A DNA stretch of 61,786 nucleotides, filler included, from Sluysia triapertura (GCA_046118255.1; 4 parts of 4 records of this genome joined end to end with filler, not necessarily neighbours in it), one strand, 5' to 3'; shown: positions 41,435 through 55,836, counted from the first letter of the whole stretch. Notes: a model not told the origin generated them from the letters alone. Made by a program: numbers and translations.

Positions 41435-43491
41435 AATCAATGGCCAAACAGAAAAGAGTCATTGAAATAGGGCAACCTTGTTTTAAAGCATATCTAATAG
41501 GAACAGGATCCGTAGTGAGGTTATTACTTATGTAACATGTGCTGTTATCCTCATATAGGTCTCTAAAAAGATTAAGGGTCTTGGTTCAGACCCAAGAAAG
41601 CATTGGTTAAGTCAAGGAATATAATATGGAGCCCAATTTTCCTAGCCTTTTTGTCATTTAGGAAAGTAATAATTTCCTGTAGGGAATGCAACAGGAAGTT
41701 ATGCTCTATGCATCCATCAGAATTTGAAGCGCAGCCTGATGAGCACTGATAAGATTGCTAGCATGTATCCAGGAGAGAATACGGTCGTTAATTATCTTGG
41801 TAAAAATACGATACGTGGAATCAAGTGTAACAATAAGCTGCCAAGATGAGACCTCATGCGCGAGGTGAAATTTATTAGGTCTTATTATAAGAAAGGTGGT
41901 AAAGTTCTTCCAGGCCGTGGTATTTTTTGATAGAAATAATATTATTAAAAAAGAGGCATAAAATTTACCTGATGGATTAACGTTTTAATATGATTTTGTT
42001 TGTGCCGGGAGCGAATTTTTACAGAATTTTAAAGTAGCCAAGATTTCTGTTCAGTGATTTTGTCGTTAGCGTATATGTCCATAAAGTAAGGCAGTGTACC
42101 AAGTTGAGATGGGTCAGAAGGAGGCAATAACTGAAGGTCTGGAGGACAGGCAGTACCAGTTATTAATTGGAATGCCTTAGATTGATTTTGCTGGAAGATT
42201 TTATCCAGGTCATTTTTTATTTCCTTTTTTGAGTAATCCCGCAGGAAGTACACCGAACAGTGGTAGGAGATGAGACCTTGTACAGGATCTGCGTATCTCC
42301 TTGCGGTATAAGGGGTAGGATGGTGACTTTTTTATCAGCACCACGAATGTCACTATTGAAGACGTTAATGTGTTCAATGTGGGTCATGTTGAATTCTTCT
42401 CATGCCTTGACTGCTCCACATGTGGATTTTACTTTAAGATTACTCAAGGTGGTGGTGAACTGGTGTTTGGTAGTAAAATGCCTACGGACTTCCTCGAAAT
42501 CAGACCTTTCATATTGCAATCAAGTAGAGAAATTTTAATGTATCCCTTGGGAGAGATAATGATGCGAGAATTATCATGCAACTTATTGCAAGAAATATAG
42601 GTGATATAATCATCAAGATCAATACCATTTTCGACGGATGAAGTAACAGAGGGTTCAGCAGGGAGAATGTGAGGAGGAGTCGTGGAGATAGATTCATTGT
42701 GGAGACCAATAATTTCATAGGCCTCAGACAGTGCAGGAATAATAATAGGATCAACAGTTGTAACGATAGGAGGAAGTTCAGAGGTAGAAGCTGTTGGATC
42801 GTTGTCACTGGGTATCGCAGGAGGTTTGCCGTTCAATATCGATGGATTAGCAGCAGTAGTCTTAAGTTATTATAAGGGATTAGAAGGGTACTGACAGGTA
42901 CAATAGTAATAGGTTGTAACATTATTATTAACATTAGGGTTAGGGATGGCTTCCTCAGTGACGGTAGGAATTGTCACTGGTTTTTTCTTCCAGTCACTTT
43001 TTTGGAAAATAACTTTTCGTCCATTGTTGTTCTTGGGTCCAAAGACTTTAGGATTCGATGTTTTAACAGTTGCAGTCGCCTTGGTATTCCTGAGTAGCAT
43101 CTGCAGCATCTTCAGAATTATTATAGTCATGTTTTTTGTTTGGATCTTCATCAACAGCTCGGTCATTATCTTTTTCATCATCTTCCTCAGGTTCATCTTC
43201 TTACTTTTCATCTTTATCGCCGAACATTGTGGTCGCATTCATCATTTCTTCACAAGGATAGGCACAAAAATGAATCTGGTACCTAGTACAAGTGAGAGGC
43301 AACTCGCATCATTTTCCTTCAAAATGGCATTGTTGTAGGTAACTCGGGATGATCATGGAGGTACCTCAACCAATGATCTGACAATATTCGGCACATAGAT
43401 ATTGTGCACTCCGGAAAAACTTTCTCATAGTGACAAAGTGCCTCCAAAAATCCGACATCAAAGAAAAGTTCTTTCATGTGCTTTGGTATTC
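41435..43491 (-). mobile_element. 5' half of an RLE-type (NeSL/R2-like) non-LTR retrotransposon, decayed
   Basis: 5' UTR, an acidic/Pro-rich N-terminal region, DKIFQQNQSKAFQLIT, and RT motifs TYRIFTKIINDRI, LDLTNAF and LKQGCPISMTLFCLAID, after which homology stops. Confidence 0.8.

Positions 43492-43556
<65 letters not shown>
43492..43556. repeat. (TAA)n microsatellite, about 21 units, between the two retrotransposon halves
   Basis: Perfect run seen directly. Confidence 0.95.
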
Positions 43557-43557
<1 letters not shown>

Positions 43558-45565
43558 GAAAAATGTATTAAATATTAAGTTAGGAAACCTTCGCCCGAGG
43601 GCAGTATCAATGATGGTTTTGTTACATCTAGAGAGTGATTAATGCCCGTTAAAGTCACTTCAATTATGTTTTGTAATTTCTTTCTTTACTGGATGAGCAG
43701 CTAGAGCTGTAGCGGGAACTGGTTCTACGATTGGTTGTTGAACTGTATTTAGGGCAGCAGCACGATTGCGCAGTTTTGGATATCTGGAAAGTATGTGGTT
43801 GGTGTAGATGCGGTGTGACATCTTTACCATCTCGGATGCAACATCAACCAATAGTTTATTTATTGTCTGTTTACTGAATTTAAAATGTTTTCAGGGTTCA
43901 CTGTGCCGAGTGCAGGAAATATGAGAGTAAGAATTTTAACCTTAGATCTAACAATTTTACTAAGATATTGAGTTCTCTTTGTGTATATCAGTATACACTT
44001 CTATTTTATCAATGGGGTTTTGATATCCATAATGTAAAAGCAGTTATTGAATTCAAAAAGTAAGTCAGGCCGCTGTCGTTTGATATCTTCTGGAATATCA
44101 GAACAATTAGAAGAGACTGCATTCTACATCACATTCAACATCAATATTATTATCCTTTATAAAAGTTACTATCCGAAGAGCAAGGTTATGCCGCATAGTA
44201 ATCAAGCTGGAATTAAAAGGGCAATGATTGAGAACGTGCGGGGCAGATTCACATTTGAAAGAACATCGCCGACAGTTCGTAGGGATGTTCATCTTCAGAT
44301 TTCTTGCTGAAAGGTTAAGGGCAAGAATATTGGTTCGCGCTTTGATCAGGAAGAAGAAGGTGCTATCAGATTACTCAGAATTCATAAGTAATCTGTTGGT
44401 GAGTCGAGATTGCCCAAGAGATGAAGTTAAAAGGATTGACATTTCAGGGATTGCCATCTGAGGAAGTGTGATAATCCAGTTAACTGGTGGAATGCCTAAG
44501 TGAGATTATCTTTCTCATCCTTAGTAAAGGAGAAGGAAGTACTTTCTAAGGAAAGGTTACTTCAGCAAAAGCAAAAAGTACCTGGATGTTATGCTTAGAT
44601 TTAAGCGTCTTACAGCAATCCCTAACATTTGCCCATAATGTTGAATTAGAAGGGTACATATCTGGTTCAGTAATACCAGAGAGCCATCCAAGTGTAGTGA
44701 TTATATCAGGATTCTTGAAGTAAAGCTTAGAATCCAGTTTTAAGTATTCTACAAAAAAGCAGCGGAGGATTTTATCATTGCATGAGAAAATCCGGAAACA
44801 GTGAACAACTGTTTGAATCAAATATTCACTATGCAGAGAAGTGAATCCAAGACCTCCCAAGTCTATAGTTGTATAAATGAAGTCGATAGAAGTTGATTGA
44901 TAATGGATTTCGAGAGCTGGTCGTAAGAGATTTCGAAAGTTTCTATCAAATGAGGGCGTAGTAACTTCATCATCACTGTGCATGCATGCTTTTCCCAACT
45001 GAGTTCTCAAAATTTTGCAGGCTCTGAATCGATAGGGAAAACGAGACAGAATGAATATTTTAATTGCCCGAATTTTCTGAATTGGATGAAGGCGAGAATG
45101 TAAGATTTTAGAGCAATCTGAAAGGGCAGTTTGAAGTAAAGATCCTATTGATAAGTGCTTTGCACCTCCAATTTTGGAACCAAGGTAAGTATAGTGATGT
45201 TGAGAATCAATAATAGGAACATGAACATCATAGGTTTTTAAGGTAGTAGTTTTAGTTTGGGATTTGGTAGTATTCAAGAAACCACACTTATCAGGGCGAA
45301 ACCTTACGTTAATATAAGAAGAGTAGAAAGTTTATTAAGCTTAGATTGTAATGAGTTGTGGGAATCTGAAACAATCATAATATCATCTGCATAAGCAAGA
45401 CAAGTAAAGGAATAACCTAAGTAAAGGAATAACCTAAGTAAAGGAATAACCTAAGTAAAGGGGGAGATATTTTGAATAACAAAGCGAAGCAGAGGTTCGA
45501 TAGCAAGGCAGAAAAGAGTCATAGATAATGGGCAGTCTTGCTTTACACCAACCTTAACAGGAACT
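43557..45565 (-). mobile_element. 3' half of an RLE-type (NeSL/Utopia-like) non-LTR retrotransposon, decayed
   Basis: GVKQDCPLSMTLFCLAIEP, LAYADD (about 45382-45399), YTYLG, LHPIQKIRAIKIFILSR, GGLG, the CCHC knuckle CRRC...HVLNHC, RHN and the RPD endonuclease motif. A 17-bp tandem triplication lies at about 45402-45460. Confidence 0.88.
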
Positions 45566-46088
45566 ACCCACTTAGCTATCAGCCCCACTTAACAATTTTA
45601 TTTTATTATTGTCAATTGTACTATCATTAATCTATGGCACGTTAGGTCTGTATCCCAAGTTAATAAATTAAATGTTACATCCAAATTAAAATTGTTTGTT
45701 GATGTACTGTTATGTGAGTAATAATATTTAAATATGTTGTGTAACACTTGTGTTCTAGTATTATAGTTTGATAATAGATGAGCTATTAAATTAAAAAGTG
45801 AATTTAAAAATATGTAACTAATATCCGACATAAGAATTGAGCAAAAAGTAATTATAGTAATTTGAACATACATTGTAAATAAATTCAGTATAATATGGCT
45901 CATTTTTACGATTTATTAAGTAGTATTAAGAATTAATAGTTCTTCGAAAAGTAATTGAAATACTTTACCTTAGTTTCGACTATATCTAATTTCTTAATTA
46001 CAAAATTGAATAACAGTTAAAGTCTATCTCATGTCAATGTATGGTTATTTCCATCATAGCTTCCCTTCATTCAATTGTTCTTCTTCAG

Positions 46089-46214
46089 TGCATAGACGAT
46101 GAGTTCTGCGATGGTGTCGATTTCTGTGGCTCAGAATATGTCGCGGATAACTTCATCATCGATTTGTTGAGGTCCAAAAATTATACTCGATTCTTTGATG
46201 ATGAACCAATCAAA
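46089..46214 (+). CDS. Candidate isolated coding exon, product unknown
   Basis: ttcttcttcag|TGC...AAA|gtacat, 42 open codons with raised GC. A possible phase-0 first exon MGEFIK|gtaagt lies at 40236-40253. Confidence 0.3.
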
Positions 46215-47838
46215 GTACATTCTTCATTTGTTTCCAAACTGCTATTTAAGTTTACATAATAAACAGAAACAGATACCAATACTTTGGTTTAACATATTTT
46301 CGCAACAGAATAAAGAGCAAGTGTAATAATTTTTAAAGTACAATTGGCAAGGAAAATAGTATCATTATTTGTTAAATAAGAGAGTTGAATTGGATTTTAT
46401 TTTGAAAATCATATTTAATTAATTTTTCATCATTTTCTCTGTCTTATTTCACTTCAAGTTTCTATTTAATAACGAAATCATAATTTATTCCGAAGTAATC
46501 AAAAAAGCTTTATAAAATGAAACTAAAATAAGTCAATTTGTATTTTTCTGTATTTCTATATTATCACATCCTTTGCGGAAACAAGTTAACATACTAATAA
46601 ATATTAAATAAATAATAAATATTAATAAATATTTTAATAAATTAATAAATAAATGTAATTATAATGAATAAAATGTCTAGAAATAAGCTTGGATTTGGAG
46701 GGGTAAAATGTGTTAATACAAACATTTATTTTGTAATTAGTGCTAATCTAAGTAGATAATATCATTATTTTCTAATAAATGATATGAAGCAATAGATACT
46801 TTTGAATAAATATATGAATTTTCTCATAACTTACTCGATGTTTTAATTGATTGCAGAATTTAAGGAAATGGAACTATTTTTCGAGCACTTATATCGCAAT
46901 AAAGTTTGAGTAAACTGGTCCATAAAACTGTCGCTAGTAAATTAAGGATAAATTTGTAGAAGTAGAAATCTGTTAGACTTTATTCAAAATATTCAACGTA
47001 ACTCGTAATCTTGATATATTTTAATTATCACAGAAATGACAAAATTATTAATTATTTTTTAATAAAAATATATAAATTCAAAATTATAAATTACTGTCTG
47101 TGTATAACTGTTTAACACAACACAACAATTGTTGACGCTCGTATTTAACAATAATAAAATAATAATAACACAAATCACCTACCGCAACAGTAATCGTGTT
47201 GCTTGTAAGGGTGTGTCACTTACTAAAGATAAATCCTCAATCACAATATTCACCACAATTATGTTCAAGCAGCTCTCTTAATGTAAATAAAGCTCTATAT
47301 TTTAAATATTTTGCCTTATTTTATTACAAAAATTCAATCGTTTATATAATAGTTTGGTAATTGCTTTGGGAAATTAAAAATTGGAAAATAGAAATAATTA
47401 CTTTATATAATTATTCATTCTTTTTAGTAGGTCACAGCCATCCAATTTCAATAATTAAATTTCCATAGTAATTCCTATCGGCTTCCAATTTTATTCTCTC
47501 CGAAATTACTTAAAGTTAATGTGATTTTTGATGAACAATCTCCTTATCTTTTCAACATAACTCAATCAAAATTTAATATCATTATAACACTAATATTTTG
47601 TTATTAACATAAGATGTCAACATAAAATAAACATAAAATCAATTAAATACCAAATTTCTTTACTATAGGAAGTATTTCGTATGTGACATTTCGATTTCAG
47701 TAACATGTTTGAGTTGATATCTTCGTCAGAACCAATTTAATATATACTTTAATTAAACTTAAGCATTGAAACACTTACAAATTTAATTTTAGATTATAAA
47801 ATATATACTGAATATATACTGAATTTTAAGTGAACAAC

Positions 47839-47869
<31 letters not shown>

Positions 47870-47945
47870 TAATAATAATAATATATTAATTTATATTGCG
47901 CTCATATCTACCGCGAAAGTACTCAAAAGCGCTTATGGTAAATCA

Positions 47946-48045
47946 NNNNNNNNNNNNNNNNNNNNNNNNNNNNNNNNNNNNNNNNNNNNTTAATTAATTA
48001 ANNNNNNNNNNNNNNNNNNNNNNNNNNNNNNNNNNNNNNNNNNNN
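47946..48045. other. Artificial scaffold-joining spacer
   Basis: N44-TTAATTAATTAA-N44. Confidence 0.95.
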
Positions 48046-48113
<68 letters not shown>

Positions 48114-48359
48114 CAATCATGTTATCAATTTATTAACCTATTTATTTTTAAACAATTAGATTTATTTTTAGATAAAAATCAATAATAACTATTATAATTG
48201 TTTTATAGATATTTACACGTAGTTAGATAAAAATCAATAATTATTATAATAGTTTTACATTACATTGTTTATAGATATGTACACATAGACATTGTCGAAT
48301 CTGTTGAATATTGACAGATATTGTTTTAATATTCATTAAAATTCAATATTTAAATTAAC

Positions 48360-50080
48360 CTACGACTTGAAAGATCAGGAAAGTACATAGCAAGAGTCGA
48401 ATTTTTCAAGATATGTTGATGATTGATTATTTTTTGAGCAAAATGGAAAGCCACATGTCTTAATTGCCTTGAAAAGGTTGTTGTGAATAGTAACACCATT
48501 TCATGCCCCAATATTTTGAAAATTTTGAAAAAATTACTGGAGAATCAAGCACAGATGAAGTTAAGCAAATTCAATAAAAGTTTTTTTAGGAAGAAAAGAA
48601 GTGAATGTGAAGCTAATACCTGTTCAATACTTATCGCTGAAAAGATGAAACCGTTTTCGGTTTACGAATTTTTTCGTGGTGAATATTGTTTGCCCAGAAA
48701 AGTCATTACTTTCTTCCATAAGTCTGTCTGGTAGGGCTGCCATAAGACGCATCAATAAGATGTCATCAGATGTTAAAAGTTGTTTAATGAACGCCTCAAG
48801 CGAATTGAATTATTTTTCTATTGCAGTTGATGAGAGTACACACTTAAATGACGCTGCTGAGCTTACAGTCTTCGTGCGAAGAGTGACTTCGATTTTCCAC
48901 GTTTTGGAAGAATTTATTCAGTTAATTTATTTGAAGGACAGAGTTACTGGAGCAGACATCTTTGAAGTAGTGATTAATATGATATCCAAAATGATCTTAG
49001 GTATTTCAAAACTAATTGGCACCACAACTGATGGAGCACCGGGAAATAAAAAAAGCTCTGTTGCATTATTACAGAAAAACATTGAAAATCTTGTAATTCC
49101 ACAGAAGCTGGTGAAAATTCATTGTATTATTTATCAAGAAGCCTTATGTGCCAAATCTTTGAAACTGAAGAACGTAATGGACACTGTTGTGAAAGTTGTT
49201 AATCTGATCCTATCTCGTGAATTAAATAATCACCAATGTAGGCAATTTTTTGTGGATACAAAGGCTAAATATGGAGACCTATTATATTTTTCCAATGTTC
49301 GCTGGCTAAGCAGAGATTCAATGCTGAAAATAATAGTAAAAATACATAATGAAATTGTAATTTTCCTTCAAAGAAAACCTTTGGATTCATCACATTGTTG
49401 CGCTCTTGGTTGGCTTGCATCTTTGGCGTTTCTTGTGGATATTAGGAGTCATTTAAATAACTTGAATTTACACTTGCAAGATAAAGTTCAGCTTATAAAT
49501 GAAATGTTTGGTCATATTCTTGCACTTGAAAGAAAACTACACTCGTAGGAATACCAGCTTCGACATGAAAAGTGTGCACATTTTCATTCCTTCAGAAACA
49601 CAAACCACAAAATCCAGAAATATTTGAGAATATGATCAAAAATCTGAAGAATGGGTTCTCATCTCCTTTTACTGACTTTCGCTTGCACGAAGATGAATTC
49701 GAGCTTTTTGGTAATCATTTTGATATGGAAGTGTGTACTGTATCAGAATGCTTTCAAATGGAGTTGATTGAAATGCAATGTGACAACTTATTGAAATTAA
49801 CATTTCACTTCGACGATGATTCTTTGCTTGATTTTTATACAAAATACATTTATTTTAATGGGAAGTATCCTAACCTAGTGAACCAGGCAAAAAAGATGAC
49901 ATCTTTGTTTGGAAGTACTTACCAATGTGAGTAATTATTTTCAAAATTGAAATGCACTAAAAACAATTTGAGAACAAGATTAACCGACAGCAATTTGAAT
50001 AATGTTTGTTGGTAACATCGACAGGCCTGACACCCAATATTGAGATTTTAGGTGACAAAGAACATCAAATTTCCCATTAA
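48360..50080 (+). mobile_element. hAT transposase pseudogene (GTF2IRD2/SPIN/Buster-like)
   Basis: FSIAVDEST, TTDGAP, HCIIYQEALCAK, VRWLSR, LAFLVDI, FQMELIEMQCD and SLFGSTYQCE; several frameshifts and stops. Confidence 0.92.
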
Positions 50081-50794
50081 TTATTCAAATTTTAGTATTT
50101 TGAATACAAAAGATTTTTAAAATACATTGTTTTTTTGTCAACTTACTTGCTTATTATATGTAGAACTAAAATATTTTTAAGAATCTTCATTATTTTATTG
50201 ATATTAAACAATTTGAAAAAGTGCTTTTTGATAAGCTTTTTCTTATAATATTATTGGGATTATAATAATACGTCCAACGTGCAAATTATATAAATCCATA
50301 ATTAAGCCAATGATTAAAACATCATAGCTAATCCAAAGTCTTAAGCCCGTAATAAATTTAATGATTCATATAGTATTATGTGGTACATTAGGCTAACACA
50401 ACATTGCATGATGACATTTTGTGTAGATAGAGTGTATTAATATTAAGGCAAAATGTGAAAATGATTATGAAGAGTGTTATACTGATTCCTTGGATGATAA
50501 AATAATGATTATGTCTGTCAAAGTATGGTATTTAAGTAAGGCGAATGCTGCAATAAAATGTATCACTGTAGCGCTATAAATAGTATATAAATTCCATTCA
50601 AAGTATGTCATTTTTAAATCCGGGCACATCTTATGTTTAGCTAGATGACCAGAAGTTTCACTGGTCATTTGTATAATTGCACATTTTAGCTTAATATTAT
50701 ATTTTTATATAGACTATATATGTTATTGTATTTATTTGAGAAAATAAAAGCTTAAAATTTAAAGTGTCGTTAAACCAATTTTAGCAAGTGTTCA

Positions 50795-51023
50795 AAATAT
50801 AAATCAATAAAATATTAACCATTCTCAGGATAACCTAAAATTATAATTTAGATAAATCAGTTAATAACTATTCAATACAAATGTGAGCCAAGAAAATTCA
50901 AGTTTTCATCGTTACATCAATTTTAATAAGTTATCAAAATACAAATCAATAAAATATAAACCTTTCTCAGGATAAGCTAAAATTGCAATTTAGAAAAAAC
51001 AGTTAATAATTATACAATATAAA
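50795..51023 (+). repeat. Imperfect direct repeat of about 87 bp (50795-50882 and 50937-51023)
   Basis: aaatcaataaaatat.aacc.ttctcaggataa.ctaaaatt occurs twice. Confidence 0.75.
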
Positions 51024-54000
51024 TAAAGGCAATAAAAATATGCAATATTAATAAACTTGAACAGAATAAAAAGCTAAATTTAATATTTAGTTAAATCATA
51101 AAGACAAAGTAGCATAATATATAGTATTGATATTAATAGTAGTAATATAAAATTAATAATATAATGATATTAATGCAGTGATGAAAATAATTTTTTTATT
51201 TTAATTAATTGAAAATATTTTATATTTGGTGTTTCAAGTTTATATCTTTTCAAAACTTGATTCAAAACTATAATTTTATTAATTTTGTGATATTTTATCG
51301 TACTTTACAAACCTTTGAATTATTATTTGTTTTGCACGTTTAAAATGCAATAAGGAAGTTTTATCTCGTTTTTAATTAGTTTTATAACGTGGACACTTGT
51401 TATAAACTCTCCTCTGATGTTTGAAATGGAAGTGCAAATTTAAGAGTGACAGTAATTATAACAGAATTCAATAAATAAACATACATTTATTAAAATTTGA
51501 GTAATTTAAGTGATGTAATAATGTTGTTAGGTTAAAAAATACCAAATCTTAAAGAATACAAAAATAGCGTTAATATTCTAAAAAAGAAAATCAGGGTTTT
51601 AAAAAACGTAACAAAGTTTTGTAAAAAATTCTAGAAATTCCACTGATTCTGATTGGCTGTTAACTGCTATTTATGGTTGTAGCTGAATCATAAAATACAC
51701 AAGTTAGTAGTGTAAAGATGAAAATAATTTAATGTTTTAATGCATATGAATATTTATAAATATTTTAATGAAAATGATAAAGTTAAAGATTTTTTAATCT
51801 AAAAAGAAAAGAATTAGCATTTATAAAAGTTTTAAATTAAATAAATTAATAACTATAAATTTAAATAAGTAGAAAAACCAATAATGATAGTTTTATTGTT
51901 AAAACTGTAATAAAACCGAAAATTTTATGCGTTTTATGTATTAAAAACATTTTCATTAAATAAAAAATTTTATGAAATCGTAAAACAATTTGATTATTCT
52001 GATATAAATAGCTTCAAAAATTCTAAAAATAAACATTGATAACAAAGTTAAATTTCTAAGTTTGTTCTCTTTAAATTTGTTTGTATCAATCGTCAACAAG
52101 AATATTCGGCATTTCAGCCAAGGAAATTCTGTTCGAGATTTTGCTGCAAATATTAAACAATTAGTGCTTGATTATTTCAATTCAGAAATTCGTTAGTTAC
52201 TTACTTAGAGTATCAAATTTTGCCTTCTTTGAAAATCCATACAATCGTATGGTTAATAATTTACTTAAAATTTTGTAACATAACCCTCAAGAATTATTCC
52301 TGGCTTAATATTTTACTAAAATTATAGACAATTAAGAGCAACCTTAATTTTAATTATTATTATTATGGATGGGTTCATAAATTTGTATTAGATTATTTGC
52401 ATTAATTGTTATTAAAATACAGAATTTTAGTTTAACTTTATTCATTAACAAAAAAACATTCTTAACACATACATAGGGCTTAAGGACCTTTAAAACAATA
52501 ATCAATTCATAAATGATGAACTAAAAAAATAACATAACAATTTTATTTTAATCAGAAAATAAATAAATAACATGTGAAATGTTACTAAAATAGCTAACAG
52601 GCATTCAAACTCTCGTATATAGATCCACTTATTAGTGCCACATGCTAAAAAATTCCTCCAATATTCTCCTTTTAACATTGCTAGAATAACTCCTTCAATC
52701 CATCTAACTCGTTTTTTCATTACTTTCGATTTACGTTTCGATCGCATATTTTCACTCAATGTCATAAAAGCCACTTTATGCCATTGAGAGTTACATTTTA
52801 AGTTAATGAAGTAATTTATTAAACTGATTAACCATAATATTATTTGTCCAATACTTATTTCCATATCAATGTAATAATGTGAACAAATTTCATTACCTTC
52901 AATATTTAAACTGCACAAATTAATGTGATAAATAATGAAGTAGGCTAAATAAAATTACAACGATAACAATTACAACTTGTAGATTTATCGATATAAAACC
53001 GAATATTAATAAGCCGACTTGTAGAGTTGTTTAATGAATTGCAATTTGATATACAAAATCAACGGCTACAATAACAGTTTGAATAACTAAAGCAAAAACA
53101 ATAACAAATAAGGTAACTATACTATTTTTGTAATTGTCTTTAATCGACATGACTAAATGGAACATTGATAGAAACGATTATTAATTCTATAAACAAAGCA
53201 AAGTAACAATCAGATTTATTTGTAATAATTAACATAACTTTCCAAAATGAGACCATAAACAACTACATTCTTAATTTACGTTTCGTATTTATAAGAGATA
53301 TTCCCGTAAAATAACTATTTATAAATTTAGGCAATTCTAAATGTTTAAACATTTTATTTTTACCATATCGATTTTTGTCAATAACACTTATTATTGATTT
53401 TTATGTTTTATAGCTTTTATAATTTCTGATAAGGCAATGAAGGTGGTGGTGGTAACAGTAGTGATAACAGTAGTAGTAATAATAATTATAGTAAATGGTA
53501 ACAGTAGTAGTAGTAAATTGGTTATCATTCTACATAAATAAAATGTTTGGATTTCAGTATTTTCATCCGTTATTTTACTTTCACCAGAATTTTCAAGAAT
53601 GTAGTTACTTTCCAACATTTTATAATGTTTTCATAATCTTTAAAGATGTTACCAATCATCTTACTTCAACACTAGAGAGGATATATAGATTATTGATGAT
53701 CATCATCAACATTTTAAAGAAGCTAGAGAAAATTTCGAGAATTCATTATGTAAAGGTTTAATTATTTTTGTTTTTATGTTTACAAAAAATTGTAAAAATT
53801 ATAAATATTATAAAAAATTATTAAAATTATCATTTAAAAAATTATTATTTAAATTATAACAAAATCAAAATTATTATTCAATTATTTTAAGATATTATAC
53901 AAAAGAAGCTTCTGGAACAAATTTGTATGATTAAATTAAATTTTGAAAAATGTCTTTGTGAATATATAAAGCCATTCAAAAATAAAGAAGCCATCATTAA

Positions 54001-54292
54001 AAAATAACACAAGTCATTAATCAAAGAAATCGTAAGACGCCATTTTTCGCGGACAAAGCTTACAATTACAAAAGGAAATCATTGTCAACAATTCTACATC
54101 GATTACTATCAACTTGTTAGGTGCTTCATATTTTATCAATTTTTCAATTCAACTTCCAAGTTATCGCGTAAATCCCGCACATTCAGTCCTAAAATTATAA
54201 TTTGCCCTTGGGATTCATAGGAACATTTAACTTTATTCCTTACCATAAGGTATAAAAAAATTAACTTGTCAACTTTTAAACACGTAAACAAT

Positions 54293-55140
54293 TCAGGAAT
54301 TTATTGATAATGTATAAACTAATTTATGATAATTACTAATTATGTAAAATTCAAGGCTGTTGCTTTCTTCTGTAGTTTTATCTCCCCACAAGGAACCTTG
54401 TCGAACTTCAGTGATCCAAAACCTAAATACTTTAACTGAATAAAAAATTAGTATGCATAATAATTTAACGCTTACGCTAACACAGTTAATTCTGCAACGA
54501 ATTTGATTAGAAAATTTCGAAATCGCCCCAACCATCGATTTACGACGCAAAGCTTGTTTGCTGTAAATTTCATTCCAAAACTTTTGGTTTGGCCTTTTAA
54601 ATTCATCAATCACTTGAATTTGATCAGAGTTATTTAACCAACACCTTAAGTAGAGTAGCGATCTCTTGGAAGTATCATATTGATGATATAGACTTGATGT
54701 GATATTTGGCATGATTATTACTTTAACTTTAGTTGTTCAACTAACTTAATGTTATGTCTATCTTGAGATGATAAGAATTGAATGTCTTTAAAACCCGAAA
54801 GTCCTTTGACTAAATGTACTTGTTTATTTCGTTTTAAGGTTCCATTTGTAGAGTGATCAAATGTCTTTTTATCGAAAATTTTCTTTTTGATATAAAAACT
54901 ATCCAATGCAAAAGATATTATACTGGATATACTAACTAAAGTGCTCGCGATCTGTATCATAGCAATCAATTTAGACATTGTAACGCCCAGATTACAGCTG
55001 TAATCAGTTAGTAGACGCAGTGACGTAGACGGTTCCGTAATACCACTAAAAATCAAATCCGATGTGGTTAGATTAAGAATAAGTAAATTTCTCGATGTAC
55101 ACATTCCTCTTTTTGTAATAACAACCATAATGACGGGTAA
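54293..55140 (-). pseudogene. Intronless class A GPCR, NPY/NPF-receptor-like, decayed
   Basis: MCTSRNLLILNLTTSDLI...LGVTMSKLIAMIQ...VSISSIISFALDSF matches NPFR TM2-TM3 (MRTxRNxFIxNLAxSDL...LGxxMCK...VSTxSIxAIALDR). The TM3 Cys and the DRY Arg are lost, and a frameshift/stops occur at about 54715. Confidence 0.7.
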
Positions 55141-55788
55141 TTTATCGAGTCGATCGAAATTTTAGCATTACTTGACTTCCTTACACATTTCCATCAATAC
55201 TTTATACACTTGCTGTTGGATTTCGTTGTTATCATTAACAAAATTGCGAATACAACTTAATACTTGGTCGTAACTATTCAGTTGAAACGTCACGCAAAAT
55301 GTCATTTCAGACTATTAAAAATCATTCAAATGAAAACGATAATTATATCTCAAATTAGTTGAACGAATTAATTGAACACCAATGTATTTGTACAAAATAT
55401 AAGTATTATAATCACAAATTACTCAGACTGTACTTATTGCAATTTTGTAGACAGAATAAAAATTGTAATAAGTGTGATGTCAAATCTAAAAGTGCATATT
55501 AAACTGTTATTTTTATTATGCCTCATTTTTGTAGACATGTTACAACTAATTTTATTGGTCATCAAATCGGGACTTCTTAATATTGATATATGTAGAGTCT
55601 AGTCTCGATTGGATGAGATAGGTAAGTTTTTAATTAAATTTGTAAGTGAAGAAAAACTGATTACTGATCGTCATCAGCGCTGACAGTCTAATGAAAGGTG
55701 TAACATAGACTGTCAACAGTGGTGATGGCAGTAACTAGATTGATCGGCAATTATTAAAATTTTTATTTTTAAATATTTGATAATAATA

Positions 55789-55836
<48 letters not shown>

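Noticed and set aside
43300-43491. Self-cleaving ribozyme at the retrotransposon 5' end
   Set aside because: I could not assemble an HDV-like or hammerhead core by eye; a covariance-model search is needed.
45402-45460. 17-bp direct repeats resembling a CRISPR-like array
   Set aside because: No spacers; it is a simple tandem triplication inside a retrotransposon RT region, in eukaryotic DNA.
52502-52918. 138-aa minus-strand ORF as the C-terminal part of the GPCR
   Set aside because: No NPxxY or other TM6/TM7 signature; I cannot assign it.
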